Source: Candidatus Amesbacteria bacterium GW2011_GWB1_47_19 | Lineage (GTDB): Bacteria > Patescibacteriota > Microgenomatia > CAZETR01 > Amesbacteraceae | Assembly: GCA_001002325.1 (NCBI GenBank) | Contig: LCNZ01000005.1 | Coordinates: 18,274 to 82,273 of the forward strand | Reading direction: 5' to 3' | DNA length: 64,000 bases | In this document: positions 1 to 9,072 of the stretch, one piece after another | Layout of the letters: each line of letters opens with the position of its first letter | Numbering within the stretch: position 1 is the stretch's first letter | The notes under the pieces: generated by a model | Seen by the model: the letters and a program-made list of their open reading frames with translations, nothing else | Database searches by the model: none | Told to the model about the DNA's origin: nothing | Translations under genes and position numbers: made by a program

Positions 1-76
1 GCAACCGAACCTGTTGGCTTTGAATTTGCTGGTTGGTGCGGTAGTAGGGTTGACTCACTTAATTACGGGAATTATA

Positions 77-1852
77 TCAACTTAAACTTCTGCTGGCAAT
101 TTCCTCTTTAATGTCAGCAATAAATTTATTAGTTTTTATTTCACCGTAATTTTTTCCGGAACGTCCCCGCTCCGAAACCGTAGAATTTTTTATTTCGTTA
201 TCACCAACTACCAACATGTAGGGTATTTTTTGCAGTTGGGCGTCGCGGATGCGGGCATTCAGGGGTTCGTTTCTGGAATCCAGCTCACTGCGAATCCCCT
301 TCCCCATGAGTTGTTCTTGAACTTTTTTGGCGTAACCGGAATGTTTATCGGAAATGGGAAGAACCACTACCTGTACGGGTGACAGCCAGACCGGAAATAC
401 CCCGGCAAAATGCTCGATAAGAATGCCGATGAATCTTTCCAATGAGCCGTAAACCACCCGGTGAATACAAATGGGAGTTTTACCCTGTCCGTCTTTGTCA
501 ATATATTCCAGCTTGAAACGCAGCGGTTGTTGGAAATCCAGTTGAACGGTGCCCATCTGCCACTCACGGCCTAAAACATCTTTCATCAAAATGTCCACTT
601 TGGGTCCGTAAAACGCGCCATCTCCCTCCAGAACGAAATATTCCACCCCGCTTTTTTCCAGAATTTCTTTGAGCGAAGCCTCAGCTTTGTCCCAGGTGGA
701 TATTTCACCCATAAAGTTGTCGGGATTTCTGGTACCCAAGCGGAAAGAATAAGGGATATTGAATATGGAATAAAAGCGTTTTATTATTTCGAAAACCTCA
801 AGATATTCAGAGACAATCTGGTCTTCGGTGACATAAATGTGGGCATCGTCCTGGCGGAATTCACGCACTCGCAGCAACCCGTTTAATGTTCCGGAAAGTT
901 CGTAGCGGTGGAGAGTGTCGGTATCTGATAATCTGAGCGGCAGATCCCGGTAACTTCTGGTTTTTGAACCGAAAACTACATGGGCATTGGGGCAATTCAT
1001 GGCTTTGATACCATATTCACCTTCATCGGCGGTTTTGGAAATAAACATATTTTCCCAATAATGTTCAAAATGCCCGGATGTCACATACAATTCCTTTTTA
1101 TTGATCAGAGGGGAGGCAATTTCCTTGTAGCCCCGTTTGACGTGATCTTCACGCCAAAATTTAACAAGTTCGTTGTAGATAATCAGTCCGTTCGGAAGCC
1201 AATAAGGCATCCCCGGCGAAGTCTGATGGAACATAAATAACTCCAGTGCCGGTCCGATTTTGCGGTGATCGCGCTTTTTTGCCTCTTCAAGCATATTCAG
1301 ATGATCTTCCAACTCTTTTTTAGTAGGAAATACGGTACCGTAGATGCGAGTCAGCATTTTGTTTTTTTCATTGCCGCGCCAATACGCTCCGGCCAGGGAG
1401 AGCAGTTTGAAATGCTTTAATTCCCTATCCGGATGTTCGACGTGTCCACCGCGGCATAAATCCCAATACTGACCTGATTTATAGAACGTCAATTTCTGAC
1501 CCTCTGCGGCAAACTCGTCTATAAGCTCATATTTGTAGACATTTCCCGGATATTTTTTTTTGGCAGCGTCGGTATCAAGCTCATGACGCTCGAAATTTTT
1601 CCACCCGGGCAGTATTTCGTGCATTTTGGCTTCGATATGTGGTAAATCGCCATCGGTGATTTTGGAGTCGCCGAAGTCAAAATCAAAATAGAAGCCATTT
1701 TCGATTGAAGGACCAATGGTACGGCGAGCATGAGGCCAAAGCTCCATAACCGCCGCGGCCATCAAATGGGCACAGGAATGACGGAGGTTGGTTAATCGTT
1801 CATCGTTCATAGTTGATAGTAGTTTACCCCAAAATGTAATAAAAAAATCCAC
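77..1852 (-). CDS. thrS: Threonyl-tRNA synthetase
   Basis: 591 aa ORF. The N-terminal editing-domain motif HSCAHLMAAAV and class II aaRS core motifs are recognisable along the full length. GTG start. Confidence 0.93.
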   Translation of the reverse strand: MDFFITFWGKLLSTMNDERLTNLRHSCAHLMAAAVMELWPHARRTIGPSIENGFYFDFDFGDSKITDGDLPHIEAKMHEILPGWKNFERHELDTDAAKKKYPGNVYKYELIDEFAAEGQKLTFYKSGQYWDLCRGGHVEHPDRELKHFKLLSLAGAYWRGNEKNKMLTRIYGTVFPTKKELEDHLNMLEEAKKRDHRKIGPALELFMFHQTSPGMPYWLPNGLIIYNELVKFWREDHVKRGYKEIASPLINKKELYVTSGHFEHYWENMFISKTADEGEYGIKAMNCPNAHVVFGSKTRSYRDLPLRLSDTDTLHRYELSGTLNGLLRVREFRQDDAHIYVTEDQIVSEYLEVFEIIKRFYSIFNIPYSFRLGTRNPDNFMGEISTWDKAEASLKEILEKSGVEYFVLEGDGAFYGPKVDILMKDVLGREWQMGTVQLDFQQPLRFKLEYIDKDGQGKTPICIHRVVYGSLERFIGILIEHFAGVFPVWLSPVQVVVLPISDKHSGYAKKVQEQLMGKGIRSELDSRNEPLNARIRDAQLQKIPYMLVVGDNEIKNSTVSERGRSGKNYGEIKTNKFIADIKEEIASRSLS

Positions 1853-1955
1853 TTCTTCGTCAGAACCGGGGTTCCATCTGACTACTATGGTGGCTTAATT
1901 TGTCCGATTTAGCCCGGACAGCTTCCGGCTTTAATGTCAAGAATTTGTATGCGAC

Positions 1956-2342
1956 TTACTTTTCAGACCTGTTGTTAATAAGATTTAATATGAATTCAGG
2001 AGTTTGAAGGATACCACTAAAAGTATAAATACTAATGGCCCATAGCATGGCGTTTGCCACCTCAGGTGACTTTTCACTAAAAACTAAAGAGAGTATCCCT
2101 ATACCCGCTGCCCTCCCGAAATCCCATCCAATTGAAGTAGCATCGCTTCTGGCACTAAATCCTAATTCGCTGTTTTTTTGATCTATATATTGACTTTTTT
2201 CCGGAAAATAATATTTGCCAACCTCCACGATTGTTCCTGAAAGAGGTCTGTGGAAAAAACCGGGTAAGATTGCGGCTAACGGTGCGAATACACAACAAGC
2301 GCAACCCGCAATCTTTAAAGACTTCTGTTCCGTGGAATTCAT
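1956..2342 (-). CDS. hypothetical small membrane protein
   Basis: 128 aa ORF with hydrophobic segments. No recognisable family. Confidence 0.35.
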   Translation of the reverse strand: MNSTEQKSLKIAGCACCVFAPLAAILPGFFHRPLSGTIVEVGKYYFPEKSQYIDQKNSELGFSARSDATSIGWDFGRAAGIGILSLVFSEKSPEVANAMLWAISIYTFSGILQTPEFILNLINNRSEK

Positions 2343-2391
2343 CTGGGCAGCATTGTACTATAGGTTTATTAATAAATCAATCTGATGAAAT

Positions 2392-3318
2392 TCAATTCGC
2401 CAGGGATTTCAGGATGTCTAGATCTGTTTTCCGTGGACCGGTGTGGTTGTCGCCCGGGACTTCCAAAATCAGAGGGGGGCAAATCTTGGTAGCCGATTTA
2501 CATTTATCTATGAAATCCCTGAGATTTTCCAGGCCGATTTTGCCTTCACCCAGATTTGCATGACGGTCCCGACGGGAGGCGAAGTCTGTAGCGGAATCAT
2601 TGAGATGGATGACTGATAGAAATTTAAGTCCGATCTGACGGTCGAATCTTTCCAGGGCGGTTCCCAATTGGTACCCGGAGGCAAAAGCGTGTTGGGTGTC
2701 AAGGCAAATGCCGATTTTTGACCTGTCACCTACCCTTTTTATAATTTCTGACAGTTCCTCGAATGTTACACCGACAGTTCCTCCTTGGCCTGCGGTATTT
2801 TCCAGTATGAGCTTGATGCCTTTGGGACTGCTGTCTAAAATGTAGTTTACCGAAGCGACTATCTGGTTAATGGTGGCGGTTAAACCTTGACCTTTATGAC
2901 TGCCGATGTGCAGAATTGTTCCTTGGGCATTTATTGTGCCAGCCAGCCGTTGATAATAGATTACCGAAGCGATGCTGGCTTTGACATATGCGGAACTTTC
3001 CGAAGCCAGGTTGATCAGATAAGAAGCATGGAAAAAATGAGGACCGAGTTTGTATTCCGCTTTTTTGCGAAGGTAGTCCGCAATTTCTGCAGCAGAGAAA
3101 TTTTTTGTTTTGAGAGTGCGCGGCGGTGAGGCAAATGTCATCAGACAATTACCTCCCAGGTTGACTATCCGGTCCAGACATTTGTCAAAACCACCGCTTA
3201 TTGAGACATGAGCACCGAGGTACACAGATGAGCGCAGTTTAGCAGAAGTCGGGCTCAAGAGATAGTATAATATTCGAAATCGGGCACTTAGCTCAGGAGT
3301 AGAGCGCTTCTTTGACAT
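2392..3318 (-). CDS. nfo: Endonuclease IV (AP endonuclease family 2)
   Basis: Xylose-isomerase-like TIM barrel with the Nfo metal-site motifs (HxSY, ENTAG, DTQHAFASG, HLNDS). The ORF-track ORF extends to 3555. I chose the Met at 3318 (MSKKRS), which gives about 308 aa, typical for Nfo. Confidence 0.85.
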   Translation of the reverse strand: MSKKRSTPELSARFRILYYLLSPTSAKLRSSVYLGAHVSISGGFDKCLDRIVNLGGNCLMTFASPPRTLKTKNFSAAEIADYLRKKAEYKLGPHFFHASYLINLASESSAYVKASIASVIYYQRLAGTINAQGTILHIGSHKGQGLTATINQIVASVNYILDSSPKGIKLILENTAGQGGTVGVTFEELSEIIKRVGDRSKIGICLDTQHAFASGYQLGTALERFDRQIGLKFLSVIHLNDSATDFASRRDRHANLGEGKIGLENLRDFIDKCKSATKICPPLILEVPGDNHTGPRKTDLDILKSLAN

Positions 3319-3402
3319 AGAAGAGGTCAGGGGTGCGAAGCCCTTAGTGCCCACCATAAGGTGGGGTTGCGTGATATGTTGCGGGATATTGGCGTGATAT
3401 AA

Positions 3403-4425
3403 TTGGGTGTGTTCAGTCCTAAATACACCATAAACGACAGGATTGTCAGTCGGCTGACGGCGATTGCGGAGATCCGGGCGATGACTGAAGCTTCGAAGTT
3501 GTTGCCGGCGAGGGAGGCGTTCCTGCGACGGGTAGCGGTAGTGAAAATGGCCCATACTTCTACCTCAATTGAAGGCAATCAACTGGCCGAATATCAGGTA
3601 AAAGAGCTAGCTGAAGGCAAACAGGTCCGGGCTCAGGCGGACCAGATCAGGGAGGTGGAAAATTATCTGGTAGCGCTGCGGAAAGTGGATGAATTGTCGG
3701 AAAAAGGGGCTTTCACTCAGAAAGATGTGTTGTCGTTACACCGGACAGTGACGTCGGGATTGGTAGAATACGAAAAGTCTGGAAATTACAGGACAGGCCT
3801 GGTATATCCGGCATATACTCTCCCGCCATCTGCACAAGTACAGAAATTGGTTGAATATCTGATTAACTGGCTGGACCGGCATGGTGAGATTCATCCGATA
3901 ATCAGAGCTGGACTGTTTCATTACCAGTTTGAGACGATTTACCCTTTTACCGACGGTAACGGCAGGACCGGCAGACTCCTAACTCTGCTGCATTTATATC
4001 AGTCGGGATGGGATTTCAGAAAAGTTCTGGTGCTGGAAGATTTTTATAACCGGAACAGGAAACGATATTATCAGGCGTTACAGACCGGGGATACTTTCGA
4101 GTCCAGATCGGGGGTTGACCTGACGGGGTGGTTGGAGTATTTTGTGGAAGGTTTTGCAGATGAGACGACCCGGGTAAAAGAACAGATCCTGGCATTGCAG
4201 GTTGTGGGAGAAACGGGATTGACCAGAAATGTGCTGGACCATGACGAGCTAAAAATAGTTGATTTTGTGGTGACAGTAGGACGGATAACATCCGCGGATG
4301 TGGTAGACATTCTCAGGGTCCCGAAACGCACTGCACAAGGGAAACTTAAGAGACTGGAAGATATCAGAGTTCTTACAAAACAGGGTGCGGGACCGAATAC
4401 TTATTACGTGATTCCCAAAGTTTGA
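3403..4425 (+). CDS. Fic family protein with intrinsic inhibitory motif and C-terminal wHTH
   Basis: Fic active-site motif HPFTDGNGRTGR. An N-terminal (S/T)xxxE(G/N) inhibitory motif TSTSIEGN lies upstream of it (class II arrangement). TTG/GTG start. Confidence 0.85.
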   Translation: MGVFSPKYTINDRIVSRLTAIAEIRAMTEASKLLPAREAFLRRVAVVKMAHTSTSIEGNQLAEYQVKELAEGKQVRAQADQIREVENYLVALRKVDELSEKGAFTQKDVLSLHRTVTSGLVEYEKSGNYRTGLVYPAYTLPPSAQVQKLVEYLINWLDRHGEIHPIIRAGLFHYQFETIYPFTDGNGRTGRLLTLLHLYQSGWDFRKVLVLEDFYNRNRKRYYQALQTGDTFESRSGVDLTGWLEYFVEGFADETTRVKEQILALQVVGETGLTRNVLDHDELKIVDFVVTVGRITSADVVDILRVPKRTAQGKLKRLEDIRVLTKQGAGPNTYYVIPKV

Positions 4426-4540
4426 TTAATCATTGGGTTGCGGGTTATATAGCGCGATTATGGCGTGGTGTTTGGCAGGAAGGAAGGCGGGAGTAAATCC
4501 GGGTCGGTACCGACCGACGGGATACGCAACAGCTCGAGAC

Positions 4541-5161
4541 TTAACCGGTGGAAGTTACCATGTAGCGCTCGGAAGAGAGCATGTATTTCGCACCGGATTT
4601 ACCTACCTGGCCCCAATAATAACCCCGCTTGGAAGCTCGGGTATTGGCAGCGGCCAGCCATTGACGGGACGATTCAACTTTCTGACGCAGTCCTGATATA
4701 ACGCTTTTAAGGTGAATGTAAAAGTTTTTATGATAAACACCCGGCGAAGAGGGCATTTGAGAGGTGGCTTTCTGGACCTCGGAGGCAAAATCTCCGGCGG
4801 TTTTGGCAAATGCCAAAATTTCCTGCTTCAGAAGCTGAATTTGCTGGCGGATTTCAGCCTGTTTTTGGCGGGAGTAAGTTTCCTGTTGCTGGCGGAGTCC
4901 TTCCAGCTGGCGGGTGAAAGCCGCTTCAGCCTGTTGTTTACCCCGGTTTTCAGCCTGTTCAATTTGTGACAGGGAAAGAGACTCATTGGGATTTAAAGTA
5001 CCTGATAAACCAAAAGACTGCGGGAGGTCGGCCGAAAAAGCCTGTTTTACCTGGGTGGTGGCGTCGGACGCGAAATCTTTGCCCAGATCGCGCAGAGCTT
5101 CCAGGAAGTTGTCGTGAACCGGACCCTGCCGGCGGGATTTATGGGGTGTATTTGAGGCCAT
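4541..5161 (-). CDS. hypothetical protein, Q-rich coiled coil
   Basis: 206 aa ORF with a long Q/E/R-rich heptad-like region. No family recognised. Confidence 0.4.
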   Translation of the reverse strand: MASNTPHKSRRQGPVHDNFLEALRDLGKDFASDATTQVKQAFSADLPQSFGLSGTLNPNESLSLSQIEQAENRGKQQAEAAFTRQLEGLRQQQETYSRQKQAEIRQQIQLLKQEILAFAKTAGDFASEVQKATSQMPSSPGVYHKNFYIHLKSVISGLRQKVESSRQWLAAANTRASKRGYYWGQVGKSGAKYMLSSERYMVTSTG

Positions 5162-5187
5162 ACTATAGGGTAGCTAACGAAGCTATA

Positions 5188-5883
5188 TTATAGCATTCCT
5201 GTCAAAAAGTCCAGTGTGGCTTTGCGATCGGCCAATTGTTGCTGTTTTTGAATGTGCTGAAGAATGAATTCCACTTCCAGATCCGCCCGGGATTGAGAGG
5301 CTAATTGGCTTTTGAGAGTTTCGGGAGATAATTTTTTTGTCTGGAGATACTGGTCGATAGTCAGTCCCAGCCGGGTGATGTTTTCCGCCAGATTACTGAG
5401 CCGGTGGTTGGCTTCCTCCTCTACCAGCATATCGGGAATTTTGACTGATGAGTTATGGCGGAGAAGTTCGAGTTTGGCGGAAACATCCTTAATATCAGGA
5501 GGAAATTTGAGCGGGAATGACAGAGTAACAGCAGGAGATTCGCAGGTGAGGGCGGTGAATTGCCAATCCTGATCCTGTACCCCCTTATCGATATGAATGT
5601 GGGGATAAAGAATGGGTTTGAGCTGATGTTCGGCGACAGTCCGGGCATATATTTGGGGTAATAATTCTCTGACAGCTTCATTTAAGAGGCGGGATTTGTC
5701 GATAAGGGGTTCGACTAATTTCTTGGGAGCCGTGCCTTTTCTGAAACCGGGGACTTGGGCTGAACCGGCTGCTTTCTTTTCCTGATCCGAGATTCCTTTG
5801 GAAATATCGACCCAGGGGAGGATAAGCGTGATCTCGATGTTGCCATTTTCTAGTCGCCGGAGCTGTGAATCCGAATCGGGCAT
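5188..5883 (-). CDS. tig: Trigger factor (short form lacking PPIase domain)
   Basis: N-terminal ribosome-binding signature GFRKGTAPKK (canonical GFRxGxxP) plus a C-terminal helical arm. Only 231 aa, so the central FKBP domain is absent. Confidence 0.7.
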   Translation of the reverse strand: MPDSDSQLRRLENGNIEITLILPWVDISKGISDQEKKAAGSAQVPGFRKGTAPKKLVEPLIDKSRLLNEAVRELLPQIYARTVAEHQLKPILYPHIHIDKGVQDQDWQFTALTCESPAVTLSFPLKFPPDIKDVSAKLELLRHNSSVKIPDMLVEEEANHRLSNLAENITRLGLTIDQYLQTKKLSPETLKSQLASQSRADLEVEFILQHIQKQQQLADRKATLDFLTGML

Positions 5884-5885
5884 GT

Positions 5886-6479
5886 TTATTTGGTGAGAAT
5901 CTGGGTGGAGGTGATAGTGTCCCCGATTGAAATAGCGTTCACCACATCCATACCTGACAGTATGCGTCCAAAGTAAGTATACTCTCCATCGAGAAATTGA
6001 GCGTCTTTTTTGAGTATAAAGAATTGGGAGTCATTGGAAAAATCCCGAGGGGTGTTTTTTCGGGCGACGCCCAAGCTACCCGCGGAAAACTGCTCGGCTG
6101 AGAATTCCGTCGGCAGGTTGGTTTGCCCACCGGTGCCGTCCCCCGCGGGGTCGCAACCCTGGACTACCCAATCTTCCACCCGGTGAAATGTTTTGCCATT
6201 GCAGTAGCCGTTGGCCCATTTGGTGAGGAAATTGAGGACAGTTTTTGGTGAGATATCGGGGCGTAACTCAAGAGTGAATATACCCCGGGAGGTAGTCACT
6301 TCAACTTGAGGTTTGCCGGTAATGGGAGTGCTGGGAGCCGGACTGGGAAATGCCAGCTGTTCTGAAGTAGATAATTTACCCGGAGGAAGTATTCGGGATC
6401 CGTTGCGGCCGATGACAAATATGATAACCAACAGAATCCCCAAACCGATAAGCAGGGGACGACGATCCAGTTTCATCAA
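5886..6479 (-). CDS. Peptidyl-prolyl cis-trans isomerase, cyclophilin type, N-terminal TM anchor
   Basis: Cyclophilin motifs (FHRV, GGxSIYG-like region, FFI, DGxHxVFG) with an N-terminal hydrophobic helix. Confidence 0.85.
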   Translation of the reverse strand: MMKLDRRPLLIGLGILLVIIFVIGRNGSRILPPGKLSTSEQLAFPSPAPSTPITGKPQVEVTTSRGIFTLELRPDISPKTVLNFLTKWANGYCNGKTFHRVEDWVVQGCDPAGDGTGGQTNLPTEFSAEQFSAGSLGVARKNTPRDFSNDSQFFILKKDAQFLDGEYTYFGRILSGMDVVNAISIGDTITSTQILTK

Positions 6480-6520
6480 CGCCGATAATACACGATATAA
6501 AGAGAAAATTCAAAGTGCTG

Positions 6521-6925
6521 TCATTTCAATTCCGCCGGGCGGAACTTGTAGCCGTATATTAACATTCCCCGTTCATCGCCGTCCTGTCTGAGGCGGCGGG
6601 TGACCATTTCCACCGGAGTACCTATTTCCACGGGTTCTTTGCCCAAATCAGTAAGTTGGGCCGTCACTAAAGGGCCTTCCGCAAGTTTAATTAGGGCCAC
6701 CACATAGGGGGCGTTCTCCTCAAATCCGACCGGAGCATCATATACAGTGGTAAAAGAATATACTTCTCCCATACCGGAAAACCGGTACGGGGTCTCGGCT
6801 GTGTTTTTACAATAGGGACATATATCCCGGGGAGGAAAAATTTTAGTCTCACAGTGAGGGCAAATTTCACCGATCAGTTTGTACCGCTGGTTTTTCAGGC
6901 GCCAATGGCGGGGGATCTCCATCAT
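6521..6925 (-). CDS. DUF35-like Zn-ribbon plus OB-fold protein
   Basis: CxxC...CxxC zinc ribbon (CPHC, CPYC) followed by an OB-fold segment. This is the pattern of DUF35_N/DUF35 proteins that normally partner thiolase/HMG-CoA synthase. No such partner is present in the window. Confidence 0.65.
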   Translation of the reverse strand: MMEIPRHWRLKNQRYKLIGEICPHCETKIFPPRDICPYCKNTAETPYRFSGMGEVYSFTTVYDAPVGFEENAPYVVALIKLAEGPLVTAQLTDLGKEPVEIGTPVEMVTRRLRQDGDERGMLIYGYKFRPAELK

Positions 6926-7049
6926 CTGTTAGACGAAAAACCGAATATAAACCCACGGCAGGGTTGACAGATAAGACAATCAGAGTTAAGATGTGACCAC
7001 ACTCTTGTAACAGAGAGTGGAGATGACCCGCAAGGGAAATCTCACGAAA

Positions 7050-7078
7050 AGCCCGACCGCAAGGCCGGGTTTTTCAAA
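7050..7078. terminator. GC hairpin with flanking T/A runs, probable terminator downstream of tRNA-Leu(TAG)
   Basis: The sequence aagcccgaccgcaaggccgggttttt forms a stem-loop followed by a U-run. Read on the minus strand it follows the tRNA. Confidence 0.35.
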
Positions 7079-7080
7079 TG

Positions 7081-7161
7081 TGTCGGAGAGAGGAGTCGAA
7101 CCTCCATGGGTTACCCCACAGGTTCCTAAAACCTGCGCGTCTGCCATTTCGCCACTCCGAC
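7081..7161 (-). tRNA. tRNA-Leu (anticodon TAG), type II long variable arm
   Basis: Cloverleaf folded by hand. Acceptor is gtcggag/ctccgac, anticodon stem caggt/acctg with loop tttagga, and T-loop ttcgact. Confidence 0.75.
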
Positions 7162-7244
7162 GCGGATACGCTCATATCGGAAACCTCTTTCCTTTCGCTT
7201 TCGCTCAAGGTTTCTCCGATATATCTCGCTATGCTCGCTATAAA

Positions 7245-7287
7245 GCGCGCGCCTGCCTGCCGGCAGGCAGGTCTGCCAGTTCCGCCA
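7245..7287 (-). repeat. orphan tRNA-Leu 5' fragment interrupted by a 20-bp palindrome
   Basis: gcgcgc + CCTGCCTGCCGGCAGGCAGG (7252-7271) + tctgccagttccgcca. The last segment matches nt 1-23 of tRNA-Leu(CAG) at 9617-9700, not the adjacent tRNA-Leu(TAG). Confidence 0.6.
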
Positions 7288-7316
7288 TCGCCGCCCGTAA
7301 TTTGAGTATATTTTAC

Positions 7317-7358
7317 CAAAAAAAAGCCCCGGCTCCTGCCCGATGCCGAGGCTTTTTG
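7317..7358. terminator. bidirectional rho-independent terminator candidate
   Basis: An A-run, then gccccggctcctgcccgatgccgaggc hairpin, then a T-run. It lies downstream of the minus-strand methyltransferase gene. Confidence 0.4.
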
Positions 7359-7411
7359 GAAATTCCACCGTCCCGATTTTCATCGGAACCGCGGAACCTG
7401 ACGGGATTGTA

Positions 7412-8173
7412 CTATGATAGCGGATTAATGTCAACTCTATGGGATAATATAAACAGACTGGGACCAAAATAAACATGGGAAAGAAGCGGTTGGGAAAAAT
7501 ACTCCAGGATTAACAGCAGATGTCGGGGAAGAAATTTTTTAAGCTTTTGATAACGAAAATTGGATACGGAAAGGACGGTATCGACAAAAAACCCTGACCT
7601 TCGAAGTGATTTGATGACTGCCAGGGGATGATGATTGACAAAAGGTATAGACATCTTTTTGATGTTTTGGAGACTGCGTTTTTCAAGCGGAGTAAGCGGT
7701 ATCCGGGGACCGAAAAACAAACTGCGGAAACGGGATTTGAAGTTTTGGGAGTTGGCAAATTCCAGGATGAACCGACCACCGGGCGTTAGGAGGCGGTGAA
7801 TTTCGGTAAAGGTGGGTACGAGATCGGGCAAATGATGGGCAACCCGGATTAAGAGAGCCAGGTTTACCGATTGGGGATAAAGACGGATTTTCTGGGCAGA
7901 ACCGGACATAATGAAAATATTTTTATTTTTTTTGAGTTTGATGCGTGCCTGACGGCGGTGGTTCGCCGACGGGTCGACCAGAATAATCCGGGTACAGAAT
8001 TTTGTGAGCAGAGGTTCCAAACGGCCAAATCCTCCGCCAATATCGGCACAAACAGGAAAATTGCTGCCGGACAGTAAACGGTTTAAAGCTACGATTTCAG
8101 CCTGATGTTCGTAATCACGATTTTTCCAGTAATCGAGGTAGGAAAAATCCGGATCGTCGTAATGGTGAGTCAT
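7412..8173 (-). CDS. Class I SAM-dependent methyltransferase
   Basis: Motif I VCADIGGGFGR and motif post-II PGGRFIL. Confidence 0.75.
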   Translation of the reverse strand: MTHHYDDPDFSYLDYWKNRDYEHQAEIVALNRLLSGSNFPVCADIGGGFGRLEPLLTKFCTRIILVDPSANHRRQARIKLKKNKNIFIMSGSAQKIRLYPQSVNLALLIRVAHHLPDLVPTFTEIHRLLTPGGRFILEFANSQNFKSRFRSLFFGPRIPLTPLEKRSLQNIKKMSIPFVNHHPLAVIKSLRRSGFFVDTVLSVSNFRYQKLKKFLPRHLLLILEYFSQPLLSHVYFGPSLFILSHRVDINPLS

Positions 8174-8184
8174 GGGGAAAGCGG

Positions 8185-8754
8185 CTATTCCAAATCAGTC
8201 AAAAATTGGTTGATAGCTTTGGCCCAGGCACCGTCTTTTTCCAGGGAGGGAGGGGTATATTTCGCCATTATTTCCTCGGGTGTATCCAGTCCCTGGTCGA
8301 TATATTTACGTTTCAGGGTTTTGGCGACTGTTTCCATGGCTTCGGGGTAATTTCTGAAGCGGATAACCTGGTCGCCGTAGATGCCATATCCCCAGCAATT
8401 GTGTGACTCTTTGGGAATAATTTTACAGAGGTTGGACTCCTGTCGGGCGATGGCCACCAACAACCGATAATCAAGACGATATTTATCCGAAATGGCAATT
8501 ATCTGATCGGAATACGGTTCCAGAGGTGATCCATATCGGTGAAGATACCTGCGGATTGACAAAGCCCGAGCGTCTGAATAAGTAAATGCTGCGGACAAAT
8601 AGGGGGTGAATTCGGGAGATGAAATTCCCAAGACTTCCGGGGAAAAGGGTGAAGCCGGAACAATTGGCAAAGACATAAAAAGCAGCCTGACCGTGCCAAG
8701 AAACAAAAGGGGTAGCCCCAGGAAAAAAGTGCCTAGCCAAAATATACGGCGCAT
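8185..8754 (-). CDS. hypothetical secreted protein, possible peptidoglycan hydrolase-like
   Basis: N-terminal TM/signal. The QESNLC...NCWGYGI segment loosely resembles the SLT-type catalytic-Glu region. Weak call. Confidence 0.3.
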   Translation of the reverse strand: MRRIFWLGTFFLGLPLLFLGTVRLLFMSLPIVPASPFSPEVLGISSPEFTPYLSAAFTYSDARALSIRRYLHRYGSPLEPYSDQIIAISDKYRLDYRLLVAIARQESNLCKIIPKESHNCWGYGIYGDQVIRFRNYPEAMETVAKTLKRKYIDQGLDTPEEIMAKYTPPSLEKDGAWAKAINQFLTDLE

Positions 8755-8760
8755 AATTTT

Positions 8761-8806
8761 GAGCGGCTAAGGGGAATCGAACCCCTGTCACCCCGCCATG
8801 GCGGGG
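8761..8806 (-). repeat. duplicated 3' 30 nt of tRNA-Gly(GCC) followed by 16-bp perfect palindrome
   Basis: 8761-8790 is identical to 9072-9101. It is immediately followed by CCCCGCCATGGCGGGG (8791-8806). Confidence 0.75.
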
Positions 8807-8816
8807 AGTTCAGCTA

Positions 8817-9065
8817 TTAACAAGTATTACCTAGTAACCGCTTCATGGCATTTCCGCCTTTGTAAGATTTTAGCACTTTTTCTCTTTGTTTAGCTTCGAT
8901 GGGGATGGAATATTCTTCTTTATAAATTAGGATCCACTCCCCTCTCCTGCGAGTTGAAATATTTTGACCACGATTGTGTTCGGATAGACGACGGGATATA
9001 TCGTTGGTACTACCTATGTAATGCCGACCTGAGTAAGTATTTCTGAGAATGTATGTATAGAACAT
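8817..9065 (-). CDS. GIY-YIG nuclease family mini-protein
   Basis: YTYIL...GRHYIGST...RRLSEHN, the GIY-YIG core and Arg/Glu-His motif. 82 aa. Confidence 0.8.
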   Translation of the reverse strand: MFYTYILRNTYSGRHYIGSTNDISRRLSEHNRGQNISTRRRGEWILIYKEEYSIPIEAKQREKVLKSYKGGNAMKRLLGNTC

Positions 9066-9072
9066 TCTAATG

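Noticed and set aside
367-1731. ORFs 367-567(-), 980-1240(+), 1519-1731(-) inside thrS
   Set aside because: Alternative-frame or antisense ORFs within a clearly conserved full-length ThrRS gene.
3319-3555. Upstream 79 codons of ORF 2392-3555
   Set aside because: Nfo homology begins at MSKKRS (3318). The extension overlaps the Fic gene region and has no similarity to anything.
7017-7476. ORFs 7017-7472(+), 7074-7319(-), 7078-7305(+), 7126-7476(-)
   Set aside because: They cover tRNA-Leu(TAG), the palindromic fragment and the terminator. They are mutually overlapping with no protein similarity.
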